Shown: positions 13,542 through 26,037, numbered from the stretch's first letter. The stretch: 64,000 nucleotides of DNA from Takakia lepidozioides (GCA_030704615.1 CM060732.1:57970001-58034000); one strand, 5' to 3'. The notes: generated by a model from the sequence alone, not told the origin. A program made the numbers and translations.

Positions 13542-15263
13542 AATAAGGAAGCACCCTGCTCGGTTGAGACACAAGGATGATATCAATTACATATGACTAG
13601 CAGCTGGAGAAACTTTGTAGTACTGCGTTCTAGAACTGATAGAAAGAGCTCGAGGTACTCGGTGAGTCCTGCTAAGGACTAGACAAATATCATTCCAGCG
13701 CTTTGGAGGTTAGCCCCCAATTGTTCCAAGCCAAGCCTTTGAATTCATCCCGCCGGTTAATGCATCCTTGCCCGGTATTCTAAGTCTGACATATTCCGCA
13801 ATGTTGTGCCACTGGAACCCCAGACTGTTGGAGGCTGGAATTGCTTTCAAGCAGGAAGTTTCGAAATAATAGGTGCCTCAACCCAACAGACAGTTACCAG
13901 TTCATAGCCTTTAATTGGCAGATGAGATCCAGGAGCTTAAATCAAGCACATGAAGCAGGATCAACCAGTCAAACACACCGTTTTCTGCACTACCATGCGC
14001 ACGTGACTAGTTCGAACTTCTCTAATCTCTGCCTTGAAGTAGTCTGTTTGATAGTATTCAGAGCGTCCAACTTCATTTCGGAAGTTACACGATGCTGCTC
14101 AAGACACGAGACTGCATCCTGAAGCAATTAGTGAGTTGCATCATATCGTCTTCTGCTCGGTACCATGATGTACGCATCTGGAATTCTCATACAAGACTGC
14201 TAGAACCACCTATAAACAGCCACACACTAAGAAACCATAGCATTTTCAAAAGTCTCCCCTTCCCTTTCTTCCAAGGCACAGGCAAGCTCCCGCTCTGCAT
14301 AGACATTGTGAAAGCAGAGTGCAAGGATAGAGGTATATACTTGAATCAAGCTCCAAACTGCAAATGTCCTAACTTGGCCTCCTTGATGTCCGCTGCAACG
14401 AATGCACAATCTCAGAAACTACGTGAAGCATTCAAGACCATAGAGATGGCTCCGCTAAAAATGTACCCCGTGATGCCCCGCAGGATATTGAGAGATTAGA
14501 CCAAACAGGTCACAATCTACTCCTGAAGCAGAATCACGTTAAGTCCCCTGCCCCTTCCACCAAATTTCAACGACTGCTGGGTTAGATTCAATCCACGATA
14601 TAAGCATGTAGGAAGTTGATGTCACGAGAAGAACGGTTGCAGTTGAGATGGGTGGAATTCGGAGTTAGACTTTCCAAACACAATGTGGAAAACCCCACAC
14701 ACCATCCCCAGATGAAGAGATCGAGGGAAGCTGCAACAAGCTACACATGGCGAAGAAAACCAGCTGAAGGAATTTGGAAAGTTGCGATGCTGAAGGAAAA
14801 GTTACATCAGTCAAAGAAGATGGGAAGCATTTGCAGGACGTTGCCTGCAAATAATAAACCAGGCAGCTACGGGCCTGATTCTAATCAACGTAGATTATTC
14901 CCAGATGAAGAACTGCAAAGCTGTTGCCCGCCGAGGCAAGGGCCCACCTTGAAAAGGAGAGAAGAAGAAGCAGAGGTCAGAGGTCAGAGAGAGCAGGGAA
15001 GGCAGCGGAAGGAGAGAGACGAGGCTTCTGGTAACCAACCATGCGCTTGTACCCCTCTGACGGCCCCACTTACTGGCAACCTACTGGTGACTTACTAGTT
15101 ACTTGTCCGAGGCTAGAGCGCAGGCTGGGATTTTTAAATATCGTAAGCTATGCGGTGGCAGACTCGTGAGTACCTACGAGTATTTAGTACGTGATTAGTG
15201 AGTCATTAATATGGCGGCGTAGAGATCCCGTCGTATACTATATGTGTACCTTCGTATCCCGTA

Positions 15264-15987
15264 CAGTCTGCCCTGGATAAATGTTACCTCTATAGACGTT
15301 AAGCTACCATAAATGTTAAGAAAATTTTACTCCCCTACTTGTGCACACTAGCAAATGTTAAATGTTATTTGTTAACAATTGTTTACTCCCCCTCTTGTTA
15401 AGTTGCCCTCCATAAATGTTAAGTGCACCATACAGGCTTCACCTAAAAGGAAATATGCTCCATAATTATTAAGTTCCAACTAGGTTAGATTATGATAAGA
15501 TTATATCCTAAAATATAACCAATTAGAAGACTAGAAAGTAAGTAGAAGGTAAATACTAAAGTGATCAAATTAGACGCAAATACCTTGATACAAGGAGTGT
15601 ATGTTCCACATTTTGACATTTGACATGGAGGTTGTTTTTGAGAGACCATACCACACATGTGGTAGTGGTACTTGTGTTAGATGCTTTGCAAGTAACTTAG
15701 ATGGTAGCATTCAAGGATGCCAAAATGGCCATTCGATGATATGCATCTTCTTCGATACTCATCAGACCACTATCGGTTCGTATCTCCTTCCATAATTGAA
15801 TGACTCCATATATTACACTTTTATTTCATAAGTGTTACTTTCATAATTTTTACATTTGTTAAATGTTACATTCTGTAAATGTTAATGTGCTACAACTAAC
15901 CCCTTCATAAACTGTTAATGTGTTAACCTTGTCTAAATGTTATTTTTTTTCTACTCCCAACTGTTAACATTTATCCAGGGCAGACTG
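15264..15987. mobile_element. Tc1/mariner (pogo-like) MITE, 724 bp
   Basis: Perfect 23-bp TIR CAGTCTGCCCTGGATAAATGTTA, TA on both sides (15262-63 and 15988-89), and a repeated subterminal (T)AAATGTTA motif. Confidence 0.9.
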
Positions 15988-16605
15988 TACTTTACGGCGC
16001 TGGTTTCTGGGCTGTCGGGATCGTCTTTATGAGCCACCTTTTCGCGGCAGTATGCTAAACCCTATCTACTTCCCGTCAGTATAACCAGTCGCCGACTTCA
16101 TCCATCCATCCATGCGTCGCTTAAGCCGTTAGTTGATTTAACTCAGATTACCGTTACGTAACATAGTATCGTTATGTAACGCATTTCGGAAATGTTGGGA
16201 TTATTGAGTTGACAAAAAATCTATGGTAGAAGGTTAGTAGTTGGACAACCAGGAGCAACTGAAATTGACCTGTAAGGACTCGTCCTGAGGGAAGTTTTTT
16301 TTTTTCCCGAGAGTCTTTTGTGGCCTTTTGACAGATTCAATGACTGGGATGCATGAAAGCGGCCATGTACACAAATGTCGCAATTTGAAAGTGTCAAATG
16401 ACAATGAGTATTGGTAGAGAATACTTCAAAAATGTTCTCAGGTGGTGTGAATTCATTGTATTTTGCCCAACACTTGTTTCATGGGTTGAAAGTTGGACAC
16501 TTAATGCATTGAACGAAATTCAAAAGTTTGGAACTTGGCTACAAAGAGTCCAATTGACAAGTCAATCAATCAGAAGCATTGTAAGATTTTGAAAGACTGT
16601 CGGAA

Positions 16606-16638
16606 AGAGAGAGAGAGATATATATATATATATATATA
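16606..16638. repeat. Compound (GA)n(TA)n microsatellite
   Basis: agagagagagagatatatatatatatatatata, read directly. Confidence 0.9.
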
Positions 16639-17169
16639 AAGGGGAGGAAGCCCGTAATTGATATTAAAAAGATGTCTTGGAAAAAATAACCATGATAGGA
16701 GGCCATGAGGCTTACATCTATGGATAGATCGGGTACAACCCAGATCATCCATCCAACCATAGCTTAATTCTAAACCATGCTAGAACCCTGCTGAAGAGAT
16801 CAGGAAGCCATGTTCTAGAGGTGTCAAGAAACTATAAAAGAGCAGCTAATGCTAAAATCTAAGCACTGCCAGAGAGCTGCCTGAGAACAATAAGAAAAGG
16901 AAGAGCCTGCCTTTGAGAGGAAGCAGAGACCTGGCTCAAGAGAACTGAGCTGTTGGAACAGGGCAGGAACTAAGATGTATCCAAAAAGAGAAGTGCACTG
17001 CAGCTGTCAAAGACCTATCACACTTGCAAGGCTACCAGGCAAGAGAACAAAGAAGCAGTAAAGCACCTAACTTATGTCGGAACCTAAACTAAAGCAAAGG
17101 CACTAAGATAAACAGGCACATAGAAGGGTGCCAACATCAAAGGAGAACCAGAAGCCAGACACCAGAACA

Positions 17170-17760
17170 TAATCAACGTTTGGTCTCTATCCTTCTCCCA
17201 ACCTGTTCCTAACAATGTGGGCGGGTCTTGTTATTTGGGGCAAATTGAATCTTTCAATACTGCTTCTTGACCTGCCCCTTTGCGGCCTCCATTTGGTCCA
17301 AGGTTCATGCCATGTACAGGAACAGACGGGTTTTTGATCGCAGGGATCCTCTTATTATGCTGCTTAATATCTCCGCTGATGTTCCCTGGCAGTCTTGTCA
17401 AGTTTGGTATGCGCTAAGAGGTTTGGGGCTTTGGCATATCTGGAAGGTCTGATCTTTGACAACAAGCACATTTGTGTTAAAGTTGCAATGGCAAATTTTT
17501 TCTTTGACTTACTGGTAGTAGGTCGCAAACTATGGGGGGTCTTGTTGGGCACAGTATGCAGATGCTCTAAGAAGCGGAGGGCTTCCCTTCTCTCAAAATT
17601 TGACACCGAATAGGGGCATCTTGGATTAGTTTGCAAGAGGCAGGGTGAACGAGCATGCTGGTCATCCTGACCTCCAGTCAAGTGGTGACTCCCCTAATCA
17701 CTGGCCTCACCTGCTGAAGTAGAAGAATGTGACATGATCAATTGGCGTCATAGGAAGAAT
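17170..17760 (+). mobile_element. L1/Tx1-type LINE 3' fragment (zf-RVT region)
   Basis: Decayed Cys motif, then (L)TCPFAASIWSKV...LWHIWKV, similar to the 19301-19878 and 63202-63731 copies. Confidence 0.6.
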
Positions 17761-17989
17761 AGAGGCTCAAAGATCCGTGCTCATTTGAACTTCGAGCTAA
17801 TTTCTTGTTGCATAGTTTCCACAAGAAGACCAATGTTTAAGCAGACATCTGCTTAAGCCAAACATCCTGCCAGATATATTTCCAGGCCCCCACAGAAACT
17901 ACCATTGGATATATTGAAATCCTCATGGTTGTCTTTCAGATATATTGAAATGACTAGTTACCATTCAAAACTCGTGGCATCCAATCTTC

Positions 17990-19878
17990 ACATCCACGTT
18001 GAACCTCTTCTGTGTGGCATCAGGCTTCAAGTCAACTGGTCTAAAACGTGTGCCATCCTAACAGGGGATCTATCTAAATCTAGGCTCGGACCACTCCCTC
18101 TTGGGGCTCTCATATGGGACTCTCTTGGCTGCAGCCAGGGCAGACCACTGTCCTTCTAGGCTACCTTGGGGACGGATCTCTCAGATGAGCAGAGGTTTGG
18201 CCCCACCTTGGCCAAATTCAAAAGAAAACTAACATTCTGGGGCTCAAAGCATCTATCCATCACGGTAGAGCCCTAGCTGCCAACCAAGTGCTCTCAGCAG
18301 GGATCTGGTATTTTGCGGCTTCTTGGAGGCCTGATACAAACTAGATAAATTGCAGGCCTTCTTCGGAATTTCATCTGGGGATCGGACGGCAACCTGCAAA
18401 CAAAAAGGAGACCTCAAGTCTCCTGGAAACAAAAATGTCTCCCCAAGAAATAAGGAGGCCTAGGGATCATAGACCCCGAAAACCAGATCACGGCCTTACT
18501 GGGAAAATGGCTTCCCCGCTTCTTTGGGCTAGAAGGTGGCTGGTGGAAATTCCTGGTAGTTCACAATATTTGAGAAGCATCTCCCCTAAAGTCCTTTCTC
18601 TGGGCTCCCTCTCTCCGATGGGTTACTCAAGGATTCAAACACAAGGCTGTGGGATCAAACCTGTGGAAAGCCATTTGGCATGCCTGGGGAAGACTGAGAC
18701 CTTTTCTCAAGAAATCTGAACCTACTTCGTATGAAGCGATCTCAAGACAACACATCTTCCTAAACACCAACAGACCCTCTCAAACCCAAAAAGCCCAAGC
18801 TAATAGATGGTCATTCTGGGACAGATCTGGCATTTCTCAAATCAGACACATTTGGAATAACATAGACTTCATGGATTCTACCTGGATGGCCACACTGATG
18901 GGTTCGAAAAGAACAAACAGCAGTTATGCCACTGTCAAAGACAACATAGAGGCCACTTGGCTCAACACCCTGAAGGCTGGCCCTTCAACCCCATCTTATA
19001 ACTTTTGGTCCTTGGTCATTTTCAGGGGCACTCTCACAATCCTCTTCGTGCGAGAAAAACTCCATATCAGCTTGTTTGGCTTTCCATTCTTGGTCCACCC
19101 AATCAGTATGGTTCTATCCTTACAAAGCAGGACTCCTCTACATTTTCCCTTCCTCTCACATATCCCAGTCAGAATCTGCTGCTGGTCCTCCCCTGCGAAA
19201 GACATGAATCCACCCCCCCCATCCTACCATCCCCATTCCATACTGGCTGGGCCGAAACTCCTTTGTCTGGATACTGGGGAGACCCCTGGCCGAGCTACAA
19301 TTGGACCCTGGGGAATGGTCTTGGGCTTTCTCTAGATCGCCAATCCCATTCTTCAATTTCTCCAACAAAACAGCATACAAAGCTCTGGCAAACGCCACCC
19401 CTTTGTATACAAAATGGAACACTAGATGGCAGTCATATGGCTTCGAGCAAGAAAATTGGAAAACAATTTGGGGTTGTATCTGGAAAAAAACAAGACCTGC
19501 AAATATGTCGGCCTTTCTCTGGCAAATAGCCAACAGGGTCCTCAAGGTGGGGGAGTGGCTTCAGTTCAATGATGCCTTGCTCTGTTTATGCTGCTCCTTA
19601 GGCCAGCTAGAAACACTAAAACACTGTCTTCTCTGCTGCCCTACTCCAATGAAGGTTTGGCCATTGGTGAAGGCCTTCTACAGAGAATGGGACACTTTGG
19701 AAATGTCAATCGTGCAGTTACTTCTCAATTACGACAAGCCTTCCAAAGGCAGAGCATCGGACTGCCCAATCTTTGACTGTCTCAGAATCTCCACTCTATG
19801 GCAAATATGGAAGGTTAGATGTGCTTGGACAATGTCCGGAGCTACATGCACCCTATCTACCTTATTGTCCAGAGTCTT
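17990..19878 (+). mobile_element. L1/Tx1-type LINE ORF2 C-terminal part, 5' segment (split by the CACTA insertion)
   Basis: GIRLQVNWSKT, GGLGI-like and W/zf-RVT motifs FLWQIANRVL..CLCC..ETLKHCLLCCP..VW..LWQIWKVR. The LINE sequence resumes at 26038 after the CACTA element. Confidence 0.8.
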
Positions 19879-20859
19879 CACTAGTAAAAAAACGGGTTTC
19901 ATGACACTTGTGCTTGATCATTTTGACTCTTTTTTTACTCTTTTGCAGACCGTGTTGGTACAATTATTCTAATATCCACGTCGTGAATATGACTCTAGGT
20001 GACATCCCCTAGTGAGCAAGATACATGACCGTGTTTTTGGTCACGTCCGTGACTGATTTCTAGCAACACACGACTCTCCCCGGACTGCTACGTGTCAATT
20101 TCAGATGATGACAGGTGTAAGGACGACGCTATCTCGCACGCATGCCACAACGAGCCAAGTGTCATGTGGATATGCATTTGTTTTCTGTTTATTTTTATTT
20201 TTATTTGGATTTATTTATTTATTTTTCAAAGAACAGGGGACAGTGGTTTAATTTGTGTTGTAGGTTTACTGAACTTATTATGTTTATATGTATTCAAATA
20301 TAATACCATTTATATGTAATTTATAATATGGAGAATATATTATTTTGCACAAATACACGGTGTCGCGAACCAATTGGGTAAAAAAAGATTCGACAATTGA
20401 TGGAAATATGATATGAAGACAATGGTTCCCTGTTTCAAATCTGTGCAGTGCCTCCAGATCAACAAAAAAGTGGAGTATTTTCAAGAATATAATCTCTCAA
20501 TAGTAGCCCAACTACCCAACTACCCACTGCACATATATGGATCCAAAAATGTGACAGACCGAGCACCTTCCTCCTCCCTGATTGTCCATAGCATGTCTCC
20601 TTCTGCCCCAAGACCTTCTGCATCCTTCCTTACAAGAGAGCAAGATCACATGTCCTGCACATGAATGCACACATGTATAAGCATATCAACAACAAGTGCA
20701 GATTCCAATAGGAGTGCGCAACTGTAAATACGTAAATACTACATGAGAACTATTTAGCTAACCACTCAAATGTAACACCTATTTGTACTGTTGATAAATA
20801 TCTATGGAAAACACTACTATATTTTGTAAGTTAAAAGAAGAAACCCTTGCAAATAAAAT

Positions 20860-22270
20860 CGGCCCTCTTGGATGATTCTGGACCCACACTCTATCCCTGC
20901 TCCTTCACATATCCATGCCTCTGCAGAAAATCATGTTGCGTCCTTGCCTTGCTGCTAGCAGCTGATAATGACATCCTAGAATTGTTCCAGCAAACACCCA
21001 ACCCTACTTATCACACTAGTTCCTATGTTGACTTGCGTCTGCTTCCAACAGGCATTCACCTTTTTGCGGAGATTGTTCCACCATTGTCTGGGGTCGGAAA
21101 CGTATTCCTTCCAGAGCATCTCCTCGTCTCTGTTATCTTTTCGATACTTTCCTGTTGCCACATTGGCAGTAACATGTCAAAATCACTCCAAAACCACCAT
21201 AGATCCATCAACGAGCTAACTTGCAGAATTCAACATGAAAATTTAGGGACGACTCTGATAACAAAAAAGAAAAACAGGCTGAAATGTGTTGAAGAATGCA
21301 CCTTCATTAGCAGTGCCTTGTTCTATCAATTGCGCTGCTGCCGCTGCTAGAAGAGGCATTGTGGACTCCCTCCCTTTCAGAAGCTGTGGTCATGGTTGAG
21401 GTGCCTGATTTTATCAACTGTGCCGCTGCAACAACTGCCTTTAGCTGACCATCTATCCATGCAGGTTTCTTGTAGCTATTGATCCACAGGGAATCATAGG
21501 TAATCTTGTGCTTGAAATCTGGACCTCTTGGATGAATCTAGACCCACACTCTATCCCTGCTCTTTCAGCTATCACTGCCTCTGCACAAACCATACATACA
21601 TCCTTGCTGATGATGACAACCTAGATTTGTTCTAGGAAACATCCAACTCAGCTTCTCCATAGTTCCTATGCTGAATTGTGTCTGCTACTCTCTGTAATCT
21701 AACAGGCATTCACCTTCCAGTGTTGACCTACATGCCATATACCAATTATCAGCCTTGTCAAGAAGGGAAACCACAAAGTGTTTCATGTTATTGCCATGCC
21801 CCCCTAACTCAGCTACATGGAGCGAGGCCTCCCATTCACCTAGTTGAATGACAGAAGGAGAATTCATACCTTGTAAAGCTTCATATGGTGGTCACATCAC
21901 AGCACATCATCTACTGCTATGAAGGATTCAGACGTAGATACCAGGACCTGATGCACACTTATGCAGAAACAGACATAAGTATTTGAATTTACGGTCATGA
22001 AACGCTCCCTTGGTGTAAAGTCTGTAGAGCCTCTTTCAGTTGTCCTTCCTCACATGGTCAAGCATCCTCACATTCCCGCCAATCGTTAAAAAGAACATTT
22101 TGTGGATCCATCTCTTGGTCCTCTTTTGGAAGCTGTGGTCATCTTGTGCATTGTGCCGCTGCTACTGTTTCCAGATGACCATCTACCTATGCAGGTTTCT
22201 TGTAGCTATTGATCCACAGTGAATCATAGGTAATATTGTGCTTGAAACCCAGCCCTCTTGCATGAATTTC
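20860..22270 (-). pseudogene. Rearranged fragments of a gene with OSB-type PDF motifs leading into a PLS-class PPR start
   Basis: 21128-21060 reads DEEMLWKEYVSDPRQWWNNLRKK, then a GT-AG intron (21059-20878), then NHPRGP. A paralogous intron (21713-21538) precedes IHPRGPDFKHKITYDSLWINSYKKPAWIDGQL. 22267-21960 reads IHARGLGFKHNITYDSLWINSYKKPA*VD...CEEGQLKEALQTL...VNSNTYVCFLHKC, with stops and frameshifts. Confidence 0.8.
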
Positions 22271-22339
22271 TACCCACCCTCATTCCTGCTCCTTCAACTA
22301 CCCTTGCCTCCGGAACAATCATGTATGGATCCGAATCTT

Positions 22340-23580
22340 GCTCCACATTTGACATATGTGTCCATGCGGATATTGTTCAGAATGACATCTGGAAATGTTC
22401 CGGCTTTGATGATGTCACCATGGACCTCTTTGCCCTTTTCCAGAGCTGCATGCAGCCTCCCACACACATTAACACAAAGAAATGTGATGTGGTTGGGCTT
22501 CAGCCCTCTCTTGCATTATTCGCTCATACGTATCCAAAGCATCAATCCCACACCCATATTGTTGCGCTTACCCTGCAATCATGGTACTCCAAAGACACCA
22601 CATCTTGTTTAGCTAGCCATGTTGTCGAACACTCCCTTTGCATCCTTGCTGCACCTACATTTAAATGTCCACCAGGAGAGTGTTCAGAACGACATCTGGT
22701 ACAATTGCAGCTTTGACGATGTCACCATGATGGACCTCTGTGCCCTTTCCCAGAGCTGCCAGGCTCGAATTGGGCATACATGTCCACCAAGGCACAGTTC
22801 AAATGACATCCGGTACAATTCTAGCTTTGACATTGACACTATGGACCTCTGCTCCATTTTTCAGGCTGCCAGGCTCACATTTGGCATAGATGTCCACCAG
22901 AGCAGAGTTCAGAATGACATCTGGTACATTTCAGCTTTGACAATAGACCCGTGCGTCCATTCCACAGCTGTCAGACTCACATTTGGCAAACATGTCACCA
23001 AGGCAGTGTTCAAAATCAGATTTGGTGTACAGTTCCAGCTTTGACAATCACCATGGACCTCTACGCCCTTTTCCAGGGCTGCCACCTGCTCGCATTTGGC
23101 ATACATTACACCAGGGTTGTGTTCTGAATCACATATGGTACGTTCCAGCTAATTTTACGATGTCACCATGGCCTCTGCTCTCTTTTCCAGGGCTGTTAGG
23201 CTCACATTTGGCATACATGTCCACGAGGGCAGTGCTCAAAATCACATCTGGTACAATTCCAGCTTTGACGATGTCAGCATGGACCTCTTTGCCCAGTTCT
23301 AGGGCTGCCAGGCTCGCATTTGGCATACATGTGCTGCATGGCAGTGCTCACAATGACATCTAGTACAATTCCAGCTTTGACGATGTCGTGCCATGGACCT
23401 TTGCGCCCTTTTTCAGAGCTAGCATGCTCGCATTTGGCATACATGTCCACCAGGGCAGTGTTCAGAATGATACCTGGTACAATTCCAGCTTTGAAGATGT
23501 CACCATGGAAGTCTTTGCCCTTTTCCAGCCTGCTGCCATGCTCGCACATGCTTTGCCCCCACAAACCAACGTGATATGGT
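22340..23580 (-). repeat. Tandem array (~110-bp unit, about 9 copies) derived from PLS-PPR motifs
   Basis: The unit translates as SLAALELGKEVHADIVKAGIVPDVILSTALVDMYAKC. The plus-strand anchor CATTTGGCATA recurs (some copies with mismatches) at ~22346, 22658, 22769, 22878, 22980, 23093, 23205, 23317 and 23431. Confidence 0.85.
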
Positions 23581-24609
23581 CAGGTTGAAGTACACCTCTC
23601 CCCGTACTTGATAATCAGGTGGATCAGGCCCTTCAGATCCCTATAATCAGGCCCTTCAGATCACCCTCAAGGTCCACCTGTACCAGATACCGCACATAGA
23701 GGACCTTGAGGATGATCTGAAGGCCTACCTACCCTTGACACCAGACCTGAAATTTAAACTCATGATCAAGTTGGGGAGTCTATCTTTGCACAAAACCAGA
23801 GAGGTAAAGGAGATAGTAAATGTCCGACATGCCAATGGCCTGAAGACGATATCCGTTCTCCGATACAATGCCTGGGGTATTCTCATCAGAGAGCCACCCT
23901 TGATGTAAGTACTCTGAACACACTCTTGTAGAAGAACTGGATGTCGTTGTTAGCCAGTTCATGCTTTTCCTTCACTGCTACCTCAAAGAATGCTACATGC
24001 ATCAAAAGAGATGGCTTGAATAAGCAGACTGGAGAGGGGCATGGCAGGTACAAGACTCAGGACTGGGTAATAACAATTCAATACCAATATGTGATGGTGA
24101 TTGATGAATACATGTCCGTGACCCATTTGTCAAGGGTAAGATGATACCCTTGAACTTCTCCTCGTCTTGTTGGCTACTTCTCTATTGCTACATTGGCAGT
24201 AACATGTCAAAATTACTCCACACCATCATAGCTCCACCCAACGAGCTTACTTGTCAATATGAAAAATCTAGGGGCGACTGTGATATGATGAAAAAATCGG
24301 CTGAAATGTGTTGAAGAAGAAGGTGCCCTCACCACACTGTCCTTGACCTTGTGCCATGAAAGTATACATGTTTTTGCAACAATGGAGGATTCTTGACCTG
24401 CCCTAAACCCAAAAGGACCTCTTACACGTGCTACTTATGTTTGTAGTCAGGTGATCTCGGATTGGGCTGTGAGGAGAACCACCATGGTGCAACTGAGCAA
24501 CCATAGGTTTGAACTCAGCTTCCTAAGACCAAGCTGACCTTCCCAGTACCTTGTAAAGACCAGGAGAAATACCAAATCATGATACTAGCAGGAAGAACGC
24601 ACATTGACA

Positions 24610-25500
24610 GACTTCTACATTATGAAAGCCACACCTTGCGACTGCGCATGTCCCACCTTTGAGAAGGATCTTCAGAAAACTCGTGCCAGCTCTGCGTCAT
24701 GCTCCACGACACCACATTTCATTAAGCCGCTCCCTTTGCATGCTAGATGGCTCCACATTTAGCATACATATCCACGAGGGTACTGTTTAGAATTACGACA
24801 AACTTCTTCTCAACGTACATTAAGAAAGCCACACCTTGCAACTGCGACTGTCCCACCATCGACAAGGATCTTTACAAGCTCGTGCCAGCTCTGCTTCATG
24901 CTCCACAACACCACATTTCGTTAAGCGATATTGTTGAACGCTCCCTTTGCATCCTCGATGGCTCCACATTTGGCATACATATCCACGAGGGTTGCGAATA
25001 AACTTCTTCTCAACGTACATTAAGAAAGCCACACCTTGCGCTCGTGCCAGCTCTGCTTCATGCTCCACGACACCACATTTCGTTAAGCCATATTGTTGAA
25101 CGCTCCCTTTGCATCCTCTCGATGGCTCCACATTTGGCGTACAAACTTCTTCTCAACGTACACTAAGAAAGCCACACCTTGCGATTGTGACTGTCCACCA
25201 TCGACAAGGATCTTTGCAAAGCTCGTGCCAGCTCTGCTTCATGCTCCACCACACCACATTTCGTTAAAGCCATATTGTTGAACGCTCCCTTTGCATCCTC
25301 TCGATGGCTCCACATTTGGCGTACAAACTTCTTCTCAACGTACATTAAGAAAGCCACACCTTGCGATTGCGACTGTCCACCATCGACAAGGATCTTTGCA
25401 AAGCTCGTGCCAGCTCTGCTTCATGCTCCACCACACCACATTTCGTTAAAGCCATATTGTTGAACGCTCCCTCGAGGCTCCACAATTGGCATATCCAGGA
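24610..25500 (-). repeat. Tandem array (~182-bp unit, about 5 copies) of a PPR/PDF/intron chimera
   Basis: Copies start at ~24610, 24798, 24999 (internally deleted), 25141 and 25323; the last two are near-identical. On the minus strand the unit reads (YA)KCGA..EDAKGAFNNM + KDPCRWWDSR..K followed by the GTGTGG donor. Confidence 0.85.
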
Positions 25501-26037
25501 GGTATTGTTCAGAATGACACTCCTTCCCGTATCCTTCCAAAGCCTCTAACGAGAGCATCCCCTCGATCGCCACCCTAGTTAGGCTCTCGGAGCGGGAAGA
25601 AGAGTGATAGTGAGGGCGTTCTTGAAAAGTATCGAAGTCCCCGTGTAAATGAAATAGGTGGATGAAATCATCCAAATCCTTGCATGTAATGAAATCATCC
25701 AATTGATGAATGAAAATAATCAAATTTAATGAAATCATCCATCAATGGATTTTCATAAGAGTCATGCAAATGACCTCATCTTGGTCAAAGGGAGTTGACT
25801 ACACCAATTTAGAGTCATCTACATTACTGTTTAGTGTCATGTGTGTGACCCATGATCACCACTCTATTCCAGTCATACGACGTTCACCGGGATAGAGGCA
25901 TATACACGACCTTTTTTGGTCATTTTCGGTTATACTCATGACATTTTTGAACGATGATGACATTAAGTCATGGTTTGAGTCATGAAAACCATGACTCTCC
26001 AAAAAAAAAGTCAGAAAAACCATGATTTGGCGTAGTG

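Larger units (their letters stand above)
19879..26037. mobile_element. Non-autonomous CACTA (EnSpm) element carrying host gene fragments (Pack-CACTA), 6159 bp
   Basis: Ends CACTAG...GTAGTG with a 3-bp TSD CTT (19876-78 and 26038-40). Dense CATGAC/GTCATG subterminal motifs at both ends. Removing it rejoins the LINE frame (LLSRV-FWDIR). No transposase seen. TIR identity beyond CACTA is weak. Confidence 0.85.

Noticed and set aside
13600-15100. ORFs 14092-14499 and 14616-15098 as separate genes
   Set aside because: No recognisable domains. The region is more likely the 5' UTR, introns and promoter of the minus-strand WEB gene.
20284-20484. Possible DYW-domain end (LHRFETG..C) downstream of the PPR fragments
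   Set aside because: There is no HSE/HxE, CxxC or terminal DYW-like triplet; the resemblance is too short to call.
22258-23588. Plus-strand ORFs and a functional PPR gene
   Set aside because: The plus-strand ORFs are antisense shadows of the PPR repeats, and the sense frame is broken at most units.
24610-25500. CRISPR-like array
   Set aside because: Whole units repeat with no unique spacers, the context is eukaryotic and no cas genes are present. It is a tandem repeat.
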